Assembly: GCF_902713615.1 (NCBI RefSeq)
Contig: NC_052171.1
Span: 20,248,324 to 20,312,323 of the forward strand
Length of the DNA stretch: 64,000 bases
Reading direction: 5' to 3'
Origin: Scyliorhinus canicula
Lineage: Eukaryota
Below the pieces are notes generated by a model. It was given only the letters and a program-made list of their open reading frames with translations, searched no databases and was not told the origin of the DNA. How positions within the stretch are numbered: the first letter of the stretch is position 1; each line of letters starts with the position of its first letter. The position numbers and the translations under genes are program-made. This document shows positions 1 to 11,214 of the stretch, piece after piece.

Positions 1-700
1 CCACACTCACCTTCCCCTCACACTCACCTTCCTCTCTCACACTCACCTTCCCCTCACACTCACCTTCCCCTCTCACACACTCACCTTCCCCTCTCACACT
101 CACCTTCCCCTCACACTCACCTTCCCCTCTCACACTCACCCTCCCCTCACACTCACCTTCCCCTCTCACACTCACCTTCCCCTCACACACTCACCTTCCC
201 CTCTCACACTCGCCTTCACTGCTCTCAGACTCACCTTCCCTCTCACACCTTCCCCGCTCTCACACACCTTCCCTCTCACACCTTCCCGCTCACACACTCA
301 CCTTCCCCTCACACACACACCTTCCCCGCTCACACACTCACCTTCCTCTCACACTCACCTTCCCCGCTCACACTCACCTTCCCCTCTCACACTCACCTTC
401 CCTCTCACACCTTCCCCTCACACACTCACCTTCCCCTCACACACTCACCTTCCCCTCTCACACTCACCTTCCTCTCACACACTCACCTTCCCCTCACTCA
501 CCTTCCCCTCTCACACTCACCTTCCTCACACACTCACCTTCCTCTCACACTCACCTTCCCCGCTCACACTCACCTTCCCCGCTCACACTCACCTTCCCCT
601 CTCACACTCACCTTCCCTCTCACACCTTCCCCTCACACACACACCTTCCCCGCTCACACCTTCCCTCTCACACTCACCTTCCCCTCTCACACCTTCCCCT
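1..700. repeat. Degenerate ~17-20 bp minisatellite (CACACTCACCTTCCCCT)n, intronic in DDHD2
   Basis: Dozens of variant copies of cacactcaccttcccct(ct); runs off the window start. Confidence 0.95.
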
Positions 701-1054
701 CATGTGCACGTGTACTCCACTCTTTCTCTCACTTCAGGGCCTCCTCCCCCTTTCCCAGAAGCCTGCAGTGGTTGTTTGCCAGTCCAGGGGCTCTGAGGGC
801 AGCTCGGGGTGCCCCCACCCTCTGGCCTCCCGCTCTGGAGTTCTGTCCCGAGACCCTCTCGTCCCATCTCGCTCCTGTCTGTGCTTTCCCTGAAGCCCAC
901 CTCTGCAGCATGAGCCTGTCTTGTCCCGTTCCCCCTCCCACCCCCCCGGGAGACCCCCGCGGATTGCAGTTTGGGGTGCACTGAGCTGGTGTGTTTGACC
1001 CATAGTGGTGTTGACCGTTTTGCTGTCTCTCTCTCTCTCTGTCTCCCTCCGCAG

Positions 1055-1157
1055 TTTGACCCTGTTGCTTACAGGATTGAACCCATGATTGTGCCGGACC
1101 TGGAATTGGAGCCGATGTTGATTCCTCATCACAAGGGCAGGAAGAGAATGCACCTGG
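1055..1157 (+). CDS. DDHD2: DDHD2 phospholipase internal exon ([34 protein letters not shown])
   Basis: Polypyrimidine tract + ccgcag acceptor, G|gtaagg donor; DDHD-domain motif DPVAYRIEP...[11 protein letters not shown]; 103 nt, phase 0->1. Confidence 0.93.
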
Positions 1158-1914
1158 GTAAGGGACCCTCGCCGCCCCTGCCTTTCCCACACTGGGTGTT
1201 GGGTCAGACTTTTGAATCAGAGGTAGAGCTGACCACGTTCAGTTAGCGATTTCCTATCTCTCCTCACCGTTAGTTCAAGTTTCTAAATGTTGAATCGGAG
1301 ATGGAACCATGAAAAGTATCGTGTTGGAAATGTAGAATCAATTGAATGAGGCCATTTGGCCCATCACGTCATTGTCTGACCCGTGCAAAGCACCAGCCAA
1401 ATACCATTGTTTCCCCTCCCCCACGTGACCCACCTGGTCCGTGTTCTCCCAGCTTCCATGGACCCTTCTGTAGTCAGGGCAGCCCCTGTCCCGGCTTCGG
1501 GTTAGTGAGGGCTGGCGCTGCCCCTTGGGAGCCGGTGACAGCCCACTCCCCCTGCACCCACCCCTCTGCCGGCCTCGGCAGTCACTGCCGGTAGTGACGG
1601 CCTCCTCGGGAAGCAGGGTTCGAAGGTTCCTCTCTGCCGGATGGGACGTTCTGTCTCAGCTCCATGTTGCCTGAGCAAAGAGGAGCATGAGTCCGCGGGT
1701 CATTGTGAACAACATCACAGGCAGGAGGCCTGTTCTCAACCCGTTCAATCCAGGCCCAACACTCGAGAATGGACAGTTCTTTGAAAGAATTAAATGCCCC
1801 TTTGAAGAGAGAACGGGTGTAAAATCCTGAGCAGAAAATCTCTTTCGTTTGCGAAACGCTTTATCGGAAATGCTGATTTACCATTCCAGTCTCTGGAAAC
1901 TAACACGAGCAGAG

Positions 1915-2200
1915 ATCCCAGGTTCGATTCCCGGCTGGGTCACTGTCTGTGCGGAGTCTGCACGTCCTCCCCGTCTGTGCGTGGGTTTCCTCCGGGTGCT
2001 CCGCTTTCCTCCCACAGTCCAAAGATGTGCGGGTTAGGTGGATTGGCCGTGATAAATTGCCCGTAGTGTCCTAAAAAGTAAGGTTAAGGGGGGGTTGTTG
2101 GGTTACGGGTATAGGGTGGATACGTGGGTTTGAGTAGGGTGATCATGGCTCGGCACAACATCGAGGGCCGAAGGGCCTGTTCTGTGCTGTACTGTTCTAT
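1915..2200 (+). mobile_element. 5'-truncated tRNA-derived V-SINE with CR1-type tail
   Basis: B-box GGTTCGATTCC, V-core, tail ggcacaacatcgagggccgaagggcctgttctgtgctgtactgttctat. Confidence 0.85.
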
Positions 2201-2244
2201 CTCTTCCTCCCCTCATCTCACTTTCTTTCTTTTTATGCAAACAG

Positions 2245-2412
2245 AACTGAAGGACAGTCTGACACGGATGGGTTCCGACCTAAAGAATGGTTTGTTCTGC
2301 TCCCTGAGGAATGCCTGGCAGTCGTTCACCAGGTTGCCCACGGCACAGCTGCTGCCGGAACCGAGCGCCACCAGTCCGCAAGCCAATGAGCCTTCGGTCA
2401 AGGACAAGCAAG
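2245..2412 (+). CDS. DDHD2: DDHD2 internal exon (ELKDSLTRMGSDLKNGLFCSLRNAWQSFTR...KDKQ)
   Basis: acag acceptor, G|gtgagc donor; 168 nt, phase 1->1; resembles DDHD2 [30 protein letters not shown]. Confidence 0.92.
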
Positions 2413-2566
2413 GTGAGCGGGACTCCCTCTGCTCCTTAACCCCCCCCCACCGCACCCTCACTCACCTTGCTCATGGGGTACGTCGACCGAAGCTGGAAAC
2501 CGGCAGCGACCCAGGAGCAGAGAGAGACACTGAGCCGCGAGCCGCTCTGAGGATTCACAGCAAAGG

Positions 2567-3800
2567 AACATAAGAACTAGGAGCAGGAGTCGGCCATCTG
2601 GCCCCTCGAGCCTGCTCCGCCATTCAATTAGATCATGGCTGATCTTTTGTGGACTCAGCTCCACTTTCCGGCCCGAACACCATAACCCTTAATCCCTTTA
2701 TTCTTCAAACAAACTATCTATCTTTACCTTAAAAACATGTAATGAAGGAGCCTCAACTGCTTCACTGGGCAAGGAATTCCATAGATTCACAACCCTTTGG
2801 GTGAAGAAGTTCCTCCTAAACTCAGTCCTAAATCTACTTCCCCTTATTTTGAGGCTATGCCCCCTAGTTCTGCTGTCACCCACCAGTGGAAACAACCTGC
2901 CCGCATCTATCCTATCTATTCCCTTCATAATTTTAAATGTTTCTATAAGATCCCCCCTCATCCTTCTAAATTCCAACGAGTATAGTCCCAGTCTATCCAA
3001 CCCCTTCAGCTCTGGGATTAACCTAGCGAATCTCCTCTGCACACCCTCCAGCGCCAGTATGTCCTTTCTCAACTAAGGAGACCAAAACTGAACACAATAC
3101 TCCAGCTGTGGCCTCACTAACACCTTATACAATTGCAGCATAACCTCCCTAGTCTTAAACTCCATCCCTCTAGCAATGAAGGACAAAATTCCATTCGCCT
3201 TCTTAATCACCTGTTGCACCTGTAAACCAACCTTCTGTGACTCATGCACTAGCACACCCAGGTCTCTCTGCACAGCAGCATGTTTTAATATTTTATCGTT
3301 TAAATAATAATCCCGTTTGCTGTTATTCCTCCCAAAATGGATAACCTCACATTTGTCAACATTGTATTCCATTTGCCAGACCCTAGCCCATTCACTTAAC
3401 CTATCCAAATCCCTCTGCAGACTTCCAGTATCCTCTGCACTTTTCGCTTTACCACTCATCTTAGTGTCGTCTGCAAACTTGGACACATTGCCCTTGGTCC
3501 CCAACTCCAAATCATCTATGTAAATTGTGAACAATTGTGGGCCCAACACAGATCCCTGAGGGACACCACTAGCTACTGATTGCCAACCAGAGAAACACCC
3601 ATTAATCCCCACTCTTTGCTTTCTATTAATTAACCAATCCTCTATCCATGCTACTACTTTACCCTTAATGCCATGCATCTTTATCTTATGCAGCAACCTT
3701 TTGTGTGGCACCTTGTCAAAGGCTTTCTGGAAATCCAGATATACCACATCCATTGGCCCCCCGTTATCTACTGCACTGGTAATGTCCTCCAAAAATTCCA
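2567..3800 (-). mobile_element. 5'-truncated CR1 LINE (RT C-terminal half + 3'UTR), disrupted
   Basis: ORFs 3073-3801 and 2698-3072 carry YLDFQKAFDKVPH, GVPQGSVLGP, FADDTK, FFTQRVVNLWNSLP; tail ends ...tcttatgttc on the minus strand. Confidence 0.93.
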
Positions 3801-3869
3801 CTAATCCACTTTATCCAGGACACTGGATAAATGTCAGCAATGCCAGCCCTGAAGTGTTGCTTCAATGAC

Positions 3870-6800
3870 CCGGTACAGCTGGCACTGAGCTTCCCATCTC
3901 GTATCTGAGCCTTCGCAAAGATTGCCTCTGTACACTCCTGTAACATCGCTGAACCTCCCTGCCGACCCAGCTGATCAGCTACGGAATTCCTCACCCATTC
4001 CTTTATCCCCTCACCACACATTCTGATTGGTGTCCCAGACTCTACCCTCAATACACGTCAGATCATTCAAACCCCCTGCTGTCCGGCTTTTTACCCTCAC
4101 CACGTCTTTGTTCCCCAGTCGATCCATTGTGATCACTGACCTACACTGGATCCCAGAACCCCCCCCCCCCTCCCCCCCCCCCGGATCACTGACCTACACT
4201 GGATCCCAGACACCCCCTGTGATCACTGACCAACACTGGATCCCACACACCCAACGATCACTGACCTACACTGGATCCCGGAAACCCCCCCCCGGATCAC
4301 TGACCTACACTGGATCCCAGACACCCCCTGAGATCACTGACCCACACTGGATCCCACACACCCAACGATCACTGACCTACACTGGATCCCGGAACCCCCC
4401 CCCCCCCGGATCACTGACCTACACTGGATCCCAGAAACCCCCTGCGATCACTGACCCACACTGGATCTCAGACACCCCCTGCGATCACTGACCCACACTG
4501 GATCCCACACACCCAACGATCACTGACCTACACTGGATCCCGGAACCCCCCCCGGATCACTGACCTACACTGGATCCCAGAAACCCCCTGCGATCACTGA
4601 CCCACACTGGATCTCAGACACCCACTGTGATCACTGACCTACACTGGATCGTCCTCATACCCCTGGGATCACTGACCGACACTGGATCCCACACACCCAA
4701 CGATCACTGACCTACACTGGATCCCGGAACCCCCCCCCCCACCCGGATCACTGACCTACACTGGATCCCAGACACCCCCTGTGATCACTGACCTACACTG
4801 GATCCCGGAACCCTCCCCCTCCCCCCGGATCACTGACCTACACTGGATCCCAGACACCCCCTGCGATCACTGACCCACACTGGATCCCACACACCCAACG
4901 ATCACTGACCTACACTGGATCCCGGAACCCCCCCCCCCGGATCACTGACCTACACTGGATCCCAGACACCCCCTGCGATCACTGACCCACACTGGATCTC
5001 GGACACCCACTGTGATCACTGACCTACACTGGATCGTCCTCATACCCCTGGGATCACTGACCTGCGCTGGATCCTGCCCACCCCCTGCGATCACTTACCT
5101 ACACTGGATCACGGACACCCCCTGGGATCACTGACCTACACTGGATCCCTCAACCCCCAACCCCGGGATCACTGACCTACACTGGATCCCGCTCACCCCC
5201 CGCTGTGATCACTGACCGACACTGGACCCCGGACACCCACTGTGATCACTGGCCTACACTGGATCGCCCTCATACCCCTGTGACCACTGACCTACACTGG
5301 ATCCCGCTCATACCCCTGTGATCACTGACCCACACTGGACCCTGGACACCCCCTGTGATCACTGACCCACACTGGACCCTGGACACCCCCTGTGAGCACT
5401 GACCTACAGTAGATCCCGGTCACCCCCCTGTGATCACTAACCTGCACTGGATTCCGGACACCCATTGTGATCACTCACCTCCACCGGATTGCCCTCACCC
5501 CCTGTGGTCACTGACCCACACTGGATCCTGGACACCCCCTGTGAGCACTGACCTACAGTAGATCCCGGTCACCCCCCTGTGATCACTAACCTGCACTGGA
5601 TTCCGGACACCCATTGTGATCACTCACCTACACCGGATTGCCCTCACCCCCTGTGGTCACTGACCCACACTGGATCCTGGACACCCCCTGGGATCACTGA
5701 CCTACACTGGATCCCGCTCACCCCCCGTGATCACTGACCTAAACTGGATCCTGCTCACCCCCTGTGATTACTGACCTACACTGGATCCCGCTCACCCCCC
5801 GTGATCACTGACCTAAACTGGATCCCACTCACGAACTGTGATCACTGACTACACTGGATCCCGCTCACCCCTTGTGATCACTCACCTACACTGGATCCCG
5901 CTCACACCCCGTGATCACTAACCTACACTGGATCCCGGTCACCCCCTGGGATCACTGACCCACACTGGATCCCTTCCCCCCCCCTGTGATCACTGACCTA
6001 CACTGGATCCCGCTCACCCCCTGTGATCACTGACCCACACTGGATCCCGCTCACCCCCTGTGATCACTGACCCACACTGGATCACGCTCACCCCCTGTGA
6101 TCACTGACCTACACTGGATCCCGCTCACCCCCTGTGATCACTGACCTACACTGGATCCCGCTCACCCCCTGTGATCACTGACCCACACTGGATCCCTCCT
6201 GGGATCACTGACCTACACTGAATTCCCCCGGGGATCACTGACCTACACTGGATCCCACTCACCCCCAGGGAACACTAACTTACACTGGATCCCAGACACC
6301 CCCCCTGTGATCACTGACCTACGGATCCCGCTCACCCCTATGATCACTGACCTACACTGGATCCCTCCTGTGATCACTGACCTACACTGGATCCCTCCCC
6401 CTGGGGATCACTGACCTACACTGGATCCCTCCCCCTGGGGATCACTGACCTACACTGGACCCCCCCCCCCCCCGGGATCACTGACGTACACTGGATCTCC
6501 CCCCTTCTCCCCCCGGCATCACTGACCTACACTGGATCCCTCCCCCTGGGGATCACTGACGTACACTGGATCCCCCCCCCCCCCCCCCGGATCACTGACC
6601 TACACTGGATCCCCCCACCCCGGATCACTGACCTACACTGGACACCCCCCCCCCCCCCCCCCCGGGATCACTGACCTACACTGGACCCCCCCCCCCCCCC
6701 CCCCCCCCCCCCCGGATCACTGGCCTACACTGGACCCCCCCCCCCCCGGATCACTGGCCTACACTGGATCTCCCCCCCCCCTCCCCGGGATTACTTACCT

Positions 6801-7130
6801 GCACTGGATCCCGGACACCCCCTGTGATCACTGACCTACACTGGCTGCTGGTCAAGTAACATCCAGGTTTCACAATGACCTTGTTTTCAAATCCCTCCGC
6901 GGCCCTTTGCCCTCCCCTCTGTGACCTCCTCCTGCCCCCACAACCCTTGGAGATAACTGAGCTCCCTCAATGGTGGCCTGTTCCTCATTCCCAATGATGA
7001 TCGCTTCACCAATGATGGCTGTGCCTCGAGTGGCCTCATTCCCAAGTCCCGGAATGTCATCCCTCCAGTTCTCCCAACAACCTGCCTCGTTATCCCCCCC
7101 CCCCCCCCCCCCGGGACCGATCTCTTTGAC
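3870..7130 (+). mobile_element. Decayed L2-type LINE 3' ORF fragment, split by the minisatellite
   Basis: Flanks read as degenerate ...IQxxAxRxxT...(V)ITDLHW...LVFKSLRGL, the L2 'PITPVLxxLHWLP...FKSLHGLAP' region. Confidence 0.6.
4126..6845. repeat. ~2.7-kb minisatellite, ~32-38 bp unit GATCACTGACCTACACTGGATCCC-N-(C)n-TGT
   Basis: Roughly 75-80 tandem units with a conserved core and variable C-rich linker; higher-order blocks at 4126-5000 and 5340-5690. Confidence 0.97.
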
Positions 7131-7292
7131 CAACGTTTTGGCCAGCTGACCTGAAATCTCTGGCCAGTGGTCTGGTTTGCTACTTCGACTGTTGCCGGGA
7201 GACGTGCACCGTGGGGCGTTTCGGGACATGAACATGTTTCGGGACATGTGTGAAGACGAGTTGATGTTTGACCTGCTAGTTTCTCCTTGTAG

Positions 7293-7467
7293 CTGTTCTG
7301 GAGTCGGACAGTAGCTGCTCTCTGGAGAAGGAGGAGGAGGAAGAGGAAGAGGAGATTAAGATTGGAAGGTTAAACGGTGGCCGTCGCATCGATTATGTGC
7401 TGCAGGAAAAGCCCATCGAGAGTTTCAACGAGTATCTCTTTGCCTTGCAGAGCCACCTCTGCTACTG
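7293..7467 (+). CDS. DDHD2: DDHD2 penultimate coding exon ([59 protein letters not shown])
   Basis: ttgtag acceptor, TG|gtaagg donor; 175 nt, phase 1->2; conserved [28 protein letters not shown]. Confidence 0.95.
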
Positions 7468-8115
7468 GTAAGGGAGCAATGGGCTGGGAGATTGGGGGGG
7501 GGGGGCAAGAATTGGGTCTGACGGTTAATTTGGGAGTTTGGAGACATTGGGTGACCCGGAGTCACTATCAAAACATGGGGCCAGGCGAGACGTTTGGCAA
7601 TCTCGGCCACCACGTCCCTGTGGTCAGTGTTAAAGGGTTCTCCGAGGGAGTGAGTGCAGTGGAACATCATTGCGTTCAGGGAAATGGGTTCTTCCCCGAG
7701 AAACAGCCCCAAGACGTTCTCCTTTGTTACGCTGTTCTGGTGGATCAAGTGGAGAGATACACAATGCAAATGCAGCGGATGACATTTATATGGACTTGCG
7801 TCCATGCTCCCATCCCCCCCACACAGGCTACCATTGGTGCTGTACCTACAGCTCTCTCAGACCCATGTTCTGGAGGAACCTCTCCTCTGGCCCCCCCCCC
7901 CCCCCCCCCCCCCCCCCGGTTGGTGTTTCTGACCCTCTCCCTCCATCAAGGTTTTTAATTTTTGTCGCCTCCCCAGATGTTCTCGTGTTGCACTGCCGTC
8001 CAATTTGATCTGGTGTAGACTTCTGACAATTGCCTTGGGCTCCACATTTCTGCGTTGACAGGTGCTGCGAAGTGCCTGTTGTTGTCGACTTGAGCCGGAT
8101 TTCTGGCAACAAGTT

Positions 8116-9215
8116 TCTTTTTAAATGTATTTTATTACAAACATGTATCAAAGTAGGTTACAGCGAATAAACGCCCCACGAAACATGCTTCCCAACAATC
8201 AACTATACAGTCTGTACAGATCGTTCCCCTTTTTCACCCCCCCCCCCCCCCCCTGCGACGAACAGCCCCTCAAACACGGTCACAAACATCCCCCAACTTT
8301 CCTCATAGAAGAGCCCCTTAACTCTAACTTTATCTTCTCTAACTGCAGGAAGCCGTACAGGCCACCCAACCGTGCTGCTACCCCCGGTGGCAATGCCGAC
8401 CGCCACTCCAGCAAAATTCGCCGCCATGAAATCAGAGAGGCGACGGCCAAGACATCGGCCTTCCTCCTCTCCATGAGCTCCGGCTTCTCTGAAACCCCAA
8501 ATATCGCCACCAAAGGGTCCGGGTCCACTCCCTCCTCCACTATCCTGGCTAAAACCACGAACACTCCCGCCCAGAATCTTCCCAATTTTTCACAACCCCA
8601 AAACATGTGCACATGATTCGCTGGCCCCCGCCCACACCTCTCACACTCATCTGCTACCCCCTGAAAGAACCCACTCATTCTCGCCCGAGCCATATGCACC
8701 CTGTGCACCATCTTAAACTGTATCAGGCTCAACCTTGCACAGGAGGAGACCCCGTTTACCCTTCGCAATGCCTCACTCCACACTCCCCAATTGATCTCCA
8801 TTCCCAACTCCCCTTCCCATTTCTCCTTGATCTTCACCACCCGCTCGCCTCCCTGCTCTCCCAGCCACTTGTATATATCCCCAATTCTTCCCTCCCTTTC
8901 CACATCCGGAAGCAGCAGTCGCTACAGCAGGGTGTATCTAGGGAACTCGTTCCAGACCTTTCGTGCAAAGTCCCGAACATGTAGATACCTGAACTCTCTA
9001 TCGCTCGGCAGCTCTACCCTCTCCCTGAGCTCCTCCAGACTGGTGAACCCTTCCTCCAAATACAAAATCCTCACCTTGACCAGCCCCACTTCCCTCTGCC
9101 TCCTGTATACACTATCCATCCCCCCCCCCCCCCCCCCCCCCCCCCCAAGCTCAAACCCATGATTCTCGCACAGCGGCGTTAGCACCGACATCCCTTCCAC
9201 CCTAAAATGCCTCCT
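8116..9215 (-). mobile_element. 5'-truncated L1/Tx1-like LINE (ORF2 C-terminus with CCHC finger)
   Basis: ORF 8280-8903 contains CERCGRGPANHVHMFWGC and IQFKMVHR; T-rich tail near 8116; imperfect flanking duplication ..ttctg.c.acaagtt. Confidence 0.88.
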
Positions 9216-9391
9216 CAGCTGATTCTTCTGCCGACAAGTTGACGCAGTGGCGGAACGAGGACCAGGGAGTTGGCAGGTGGTCCACCGAGCCTCTGCTTCG
9301 CTGAACAATTAGACGCGCGTTTTCTTGCCTTCACTGTCACTTGTTGCCATTCCCTCAGAGCCGGAGTTAAGCCTCTTGTCTGCCCCTCTAG

Positions 9392-9473
9392 GGAATCGGA
9401 GGACACCGCACTGTTAATCCTGAAGGAAATCTACCAGACGCTGGGAGTCAGCCTCGAACAAACGCACCACTGA
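9392..9473 (+). CDS. DDHD2: DDHD2 last coding exon (ESEDTALLILKEIYQTLGVSLEQTHH*)
   Basis: ctctag acceptor completes TGG (Trp); matches DDHD2 C-terminus ESEDTVLLVLKEIYQTQG; TGA at 9471-9473. Confidence 0.93.
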
Positions 9474-10216
9474 TGTGGACGTTGAATCTTATAACAATAG
9501 CACTAACACTGATGGGCCAAGGGAGGAGCTATGATCGCCCCCCCCCTGTTGTTTTTCACATTCAGTCACTGGTTTGCGGAGAAGTTTTTGCCTCATCATC
9601 CCTCGTTGGGGAAGCACTGAAATGAGGTGGACTCGCTGTGCCCTCCAGCGGAGAGTCGAGGTTGGTTTGACGTCCTGTGGAGGCTGGGTTTTCTTCCTGA
9701 GCAGCATGAGGCACTGAAGAGAGGCTTCCCTGGGGCTGTGGGAGGTGGGACCAGTTGTCCAGAGCTTCCACCTTGTGGGCAAACCGCTGGAAGGAATACA
9801 TGAATGTTTCCCGACATGAAAAGAATCGTCAATGGAGGCCCCTCTGGGTATTCGGTGAGGCGTGCAGCCTCCAGCAGCTGACAGTATGAATCGTCGGTGA
9901 CAAAATTTGGATACAGTTCGGGAACTGTGGCTCCGATTGGACCAGCCTGCGTGGACTTTATTAATGTTTATTTATTTATTTTTCTCCACTTGCATTGAAA
10001 TTGCACTCGTGACATGAGCGGGTTTGACCAGAAATGTTTCATATCTTTCTACTTGGTGAATCAGTCAGTGGTTTATCCCCCAGCCTCCTGGGACCTGACT
10101 GATGGTAACAGTGCTCTCCACGTGGCTTCCTAATCTGGACGCTCGCTCCAAACACACACCCTGCACACTCACTCAGTCTGTCTGAGCTGATTGTCAGTGA
10201 ACTAAATTGTACCAGC

Positions 10217-10222
10217 AATAAA
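10217..10222 (+). terminator. Probable DDHD2 polyadenylation signal
   Basis: AATAAA ~750 nt after the stop, followed by GT-rich sequence; AU-rich ATTTA cluster upstream at ~9957-9985. Confidence 0.6.
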
Positions 10223-10377
10223 CACCAGACTGTTTCTCAAGCCGGTGGCTGTGTGTTGCAGTTTTACTGAGTGTCTTTTCTCAAAGGCGGGGAGGTTGGC
10301 CGTGGTGAGCTTTGGATACTTTGCTGGGTGGTCTCCGCGACGTGAATGGACCCCTTTCCCCGTGTGGGGAACAGAAA

Positions 10378-10562
10378 GGGGCTGGTTTAGCTCACTCAGC
10401 TAAATCGCTGGCTTTTAAAGCAGACCAAGCAGGCCAGCAGCACGGTTCGATTCCCGTACCAGCCTCCCCGGACAGGCGCCGGAATGCGGCAACTAGGGGC
10501 TTTTCACAGTAACTTCATTGAAGCCTACTCGTGACAATAAGCGATTTTCATTTTTTCATTTC
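10378..10562 (+). mobile_element. Short tRNA-derived SINE, second family (also 34813-34995, 44694-44870; tail-only pieces ~35980, ~63616)
   Basis: Shared gggctggtttagc...ggttcgattcccgtaccagcc...gcttttcacagtaacttcattgaagcctact.gtgacaataagcgatttt. Confidence 0.85.
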
Positions 10563-10614
10563 AGAAAGCTAGTTGCTTTATGAGGTGTCGGTCATTGCTG
10601 CTGGAGCAGCTCTG

Positions 10615-11165
10615 GAACTTCACAGCTCCAGGGACCCAGGGTTCGATTCCGACCTCGGGCGACTGTGCAGAGTCTGCACTGCTCCCCATGTCGGCTTGGG
10701 TTTCCTCCAACAGTCCAAAGATGTGTCGGTTAGGTGGTGTTCTGGGGACAGGGTGGAGGTGGGATCTCTTGGGGGAACAGTGCAAGCTCGATGGAACGAA
10801 TGGCCTCTTTCTGCAATGTAGATTTTTACAGTTGAGGAAAAAGTGGGTTGAGCTGGTGCGACCCAGGGTGATGTACTGGGGGCGGTAGAGACTGCACAGT
10901 CAGGTGCCATTTTCAAGAGGTAGGTGTGTGGGGGGGGGGGGGGGGGGGGGATTGAAGTCACAAAGAGTTGAGCAGCTCGGTGGCGCAGTGGTTAGCACTG
11001 CTGCCTCATGGCACCGAGGACCCGGGTTCGATTCCGGCCCCAGGTCACTGTCCGTGTGCACATTCTCCCCATGTCTGAGTGGGTCACACCCCCCCACAAC
11101 CCAAAAAGATGTGCAGGGTTGGCCGTGTTAAATTGCCCCTTGATTAGAAAAAGGAATTGGGTACT
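10615..11165 (+). mobile_element. Two V-SINE copies (~10615-10825 decayed; ~10972-11165)
   Basis: tRNA-like head and V-core motifs. Confidence 0.75.
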
Positions 11166-11214
11166 GTAAATTTTTTTTCTTTTTAATTTGAGCAGCTGCA
11201 TTGGGATGTGGTGA

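Noticed and set aside
737-900. Possible extra DDHD2 exon after cttcag
   Set aside because: Translation has no DDHD similarity and there is no convincing donor
4126-6845. CRISPR-like look (constant core with variable linkers)
   Set aside because: Linkers are short, C-rich and related to each other; there are no cas genes; the context is a vertebrate intron
10378-10460. tRNA genes at SINE heads
   Set aside because: A/B boxes run into SINE bodies; no clean cloverleaf or terminator
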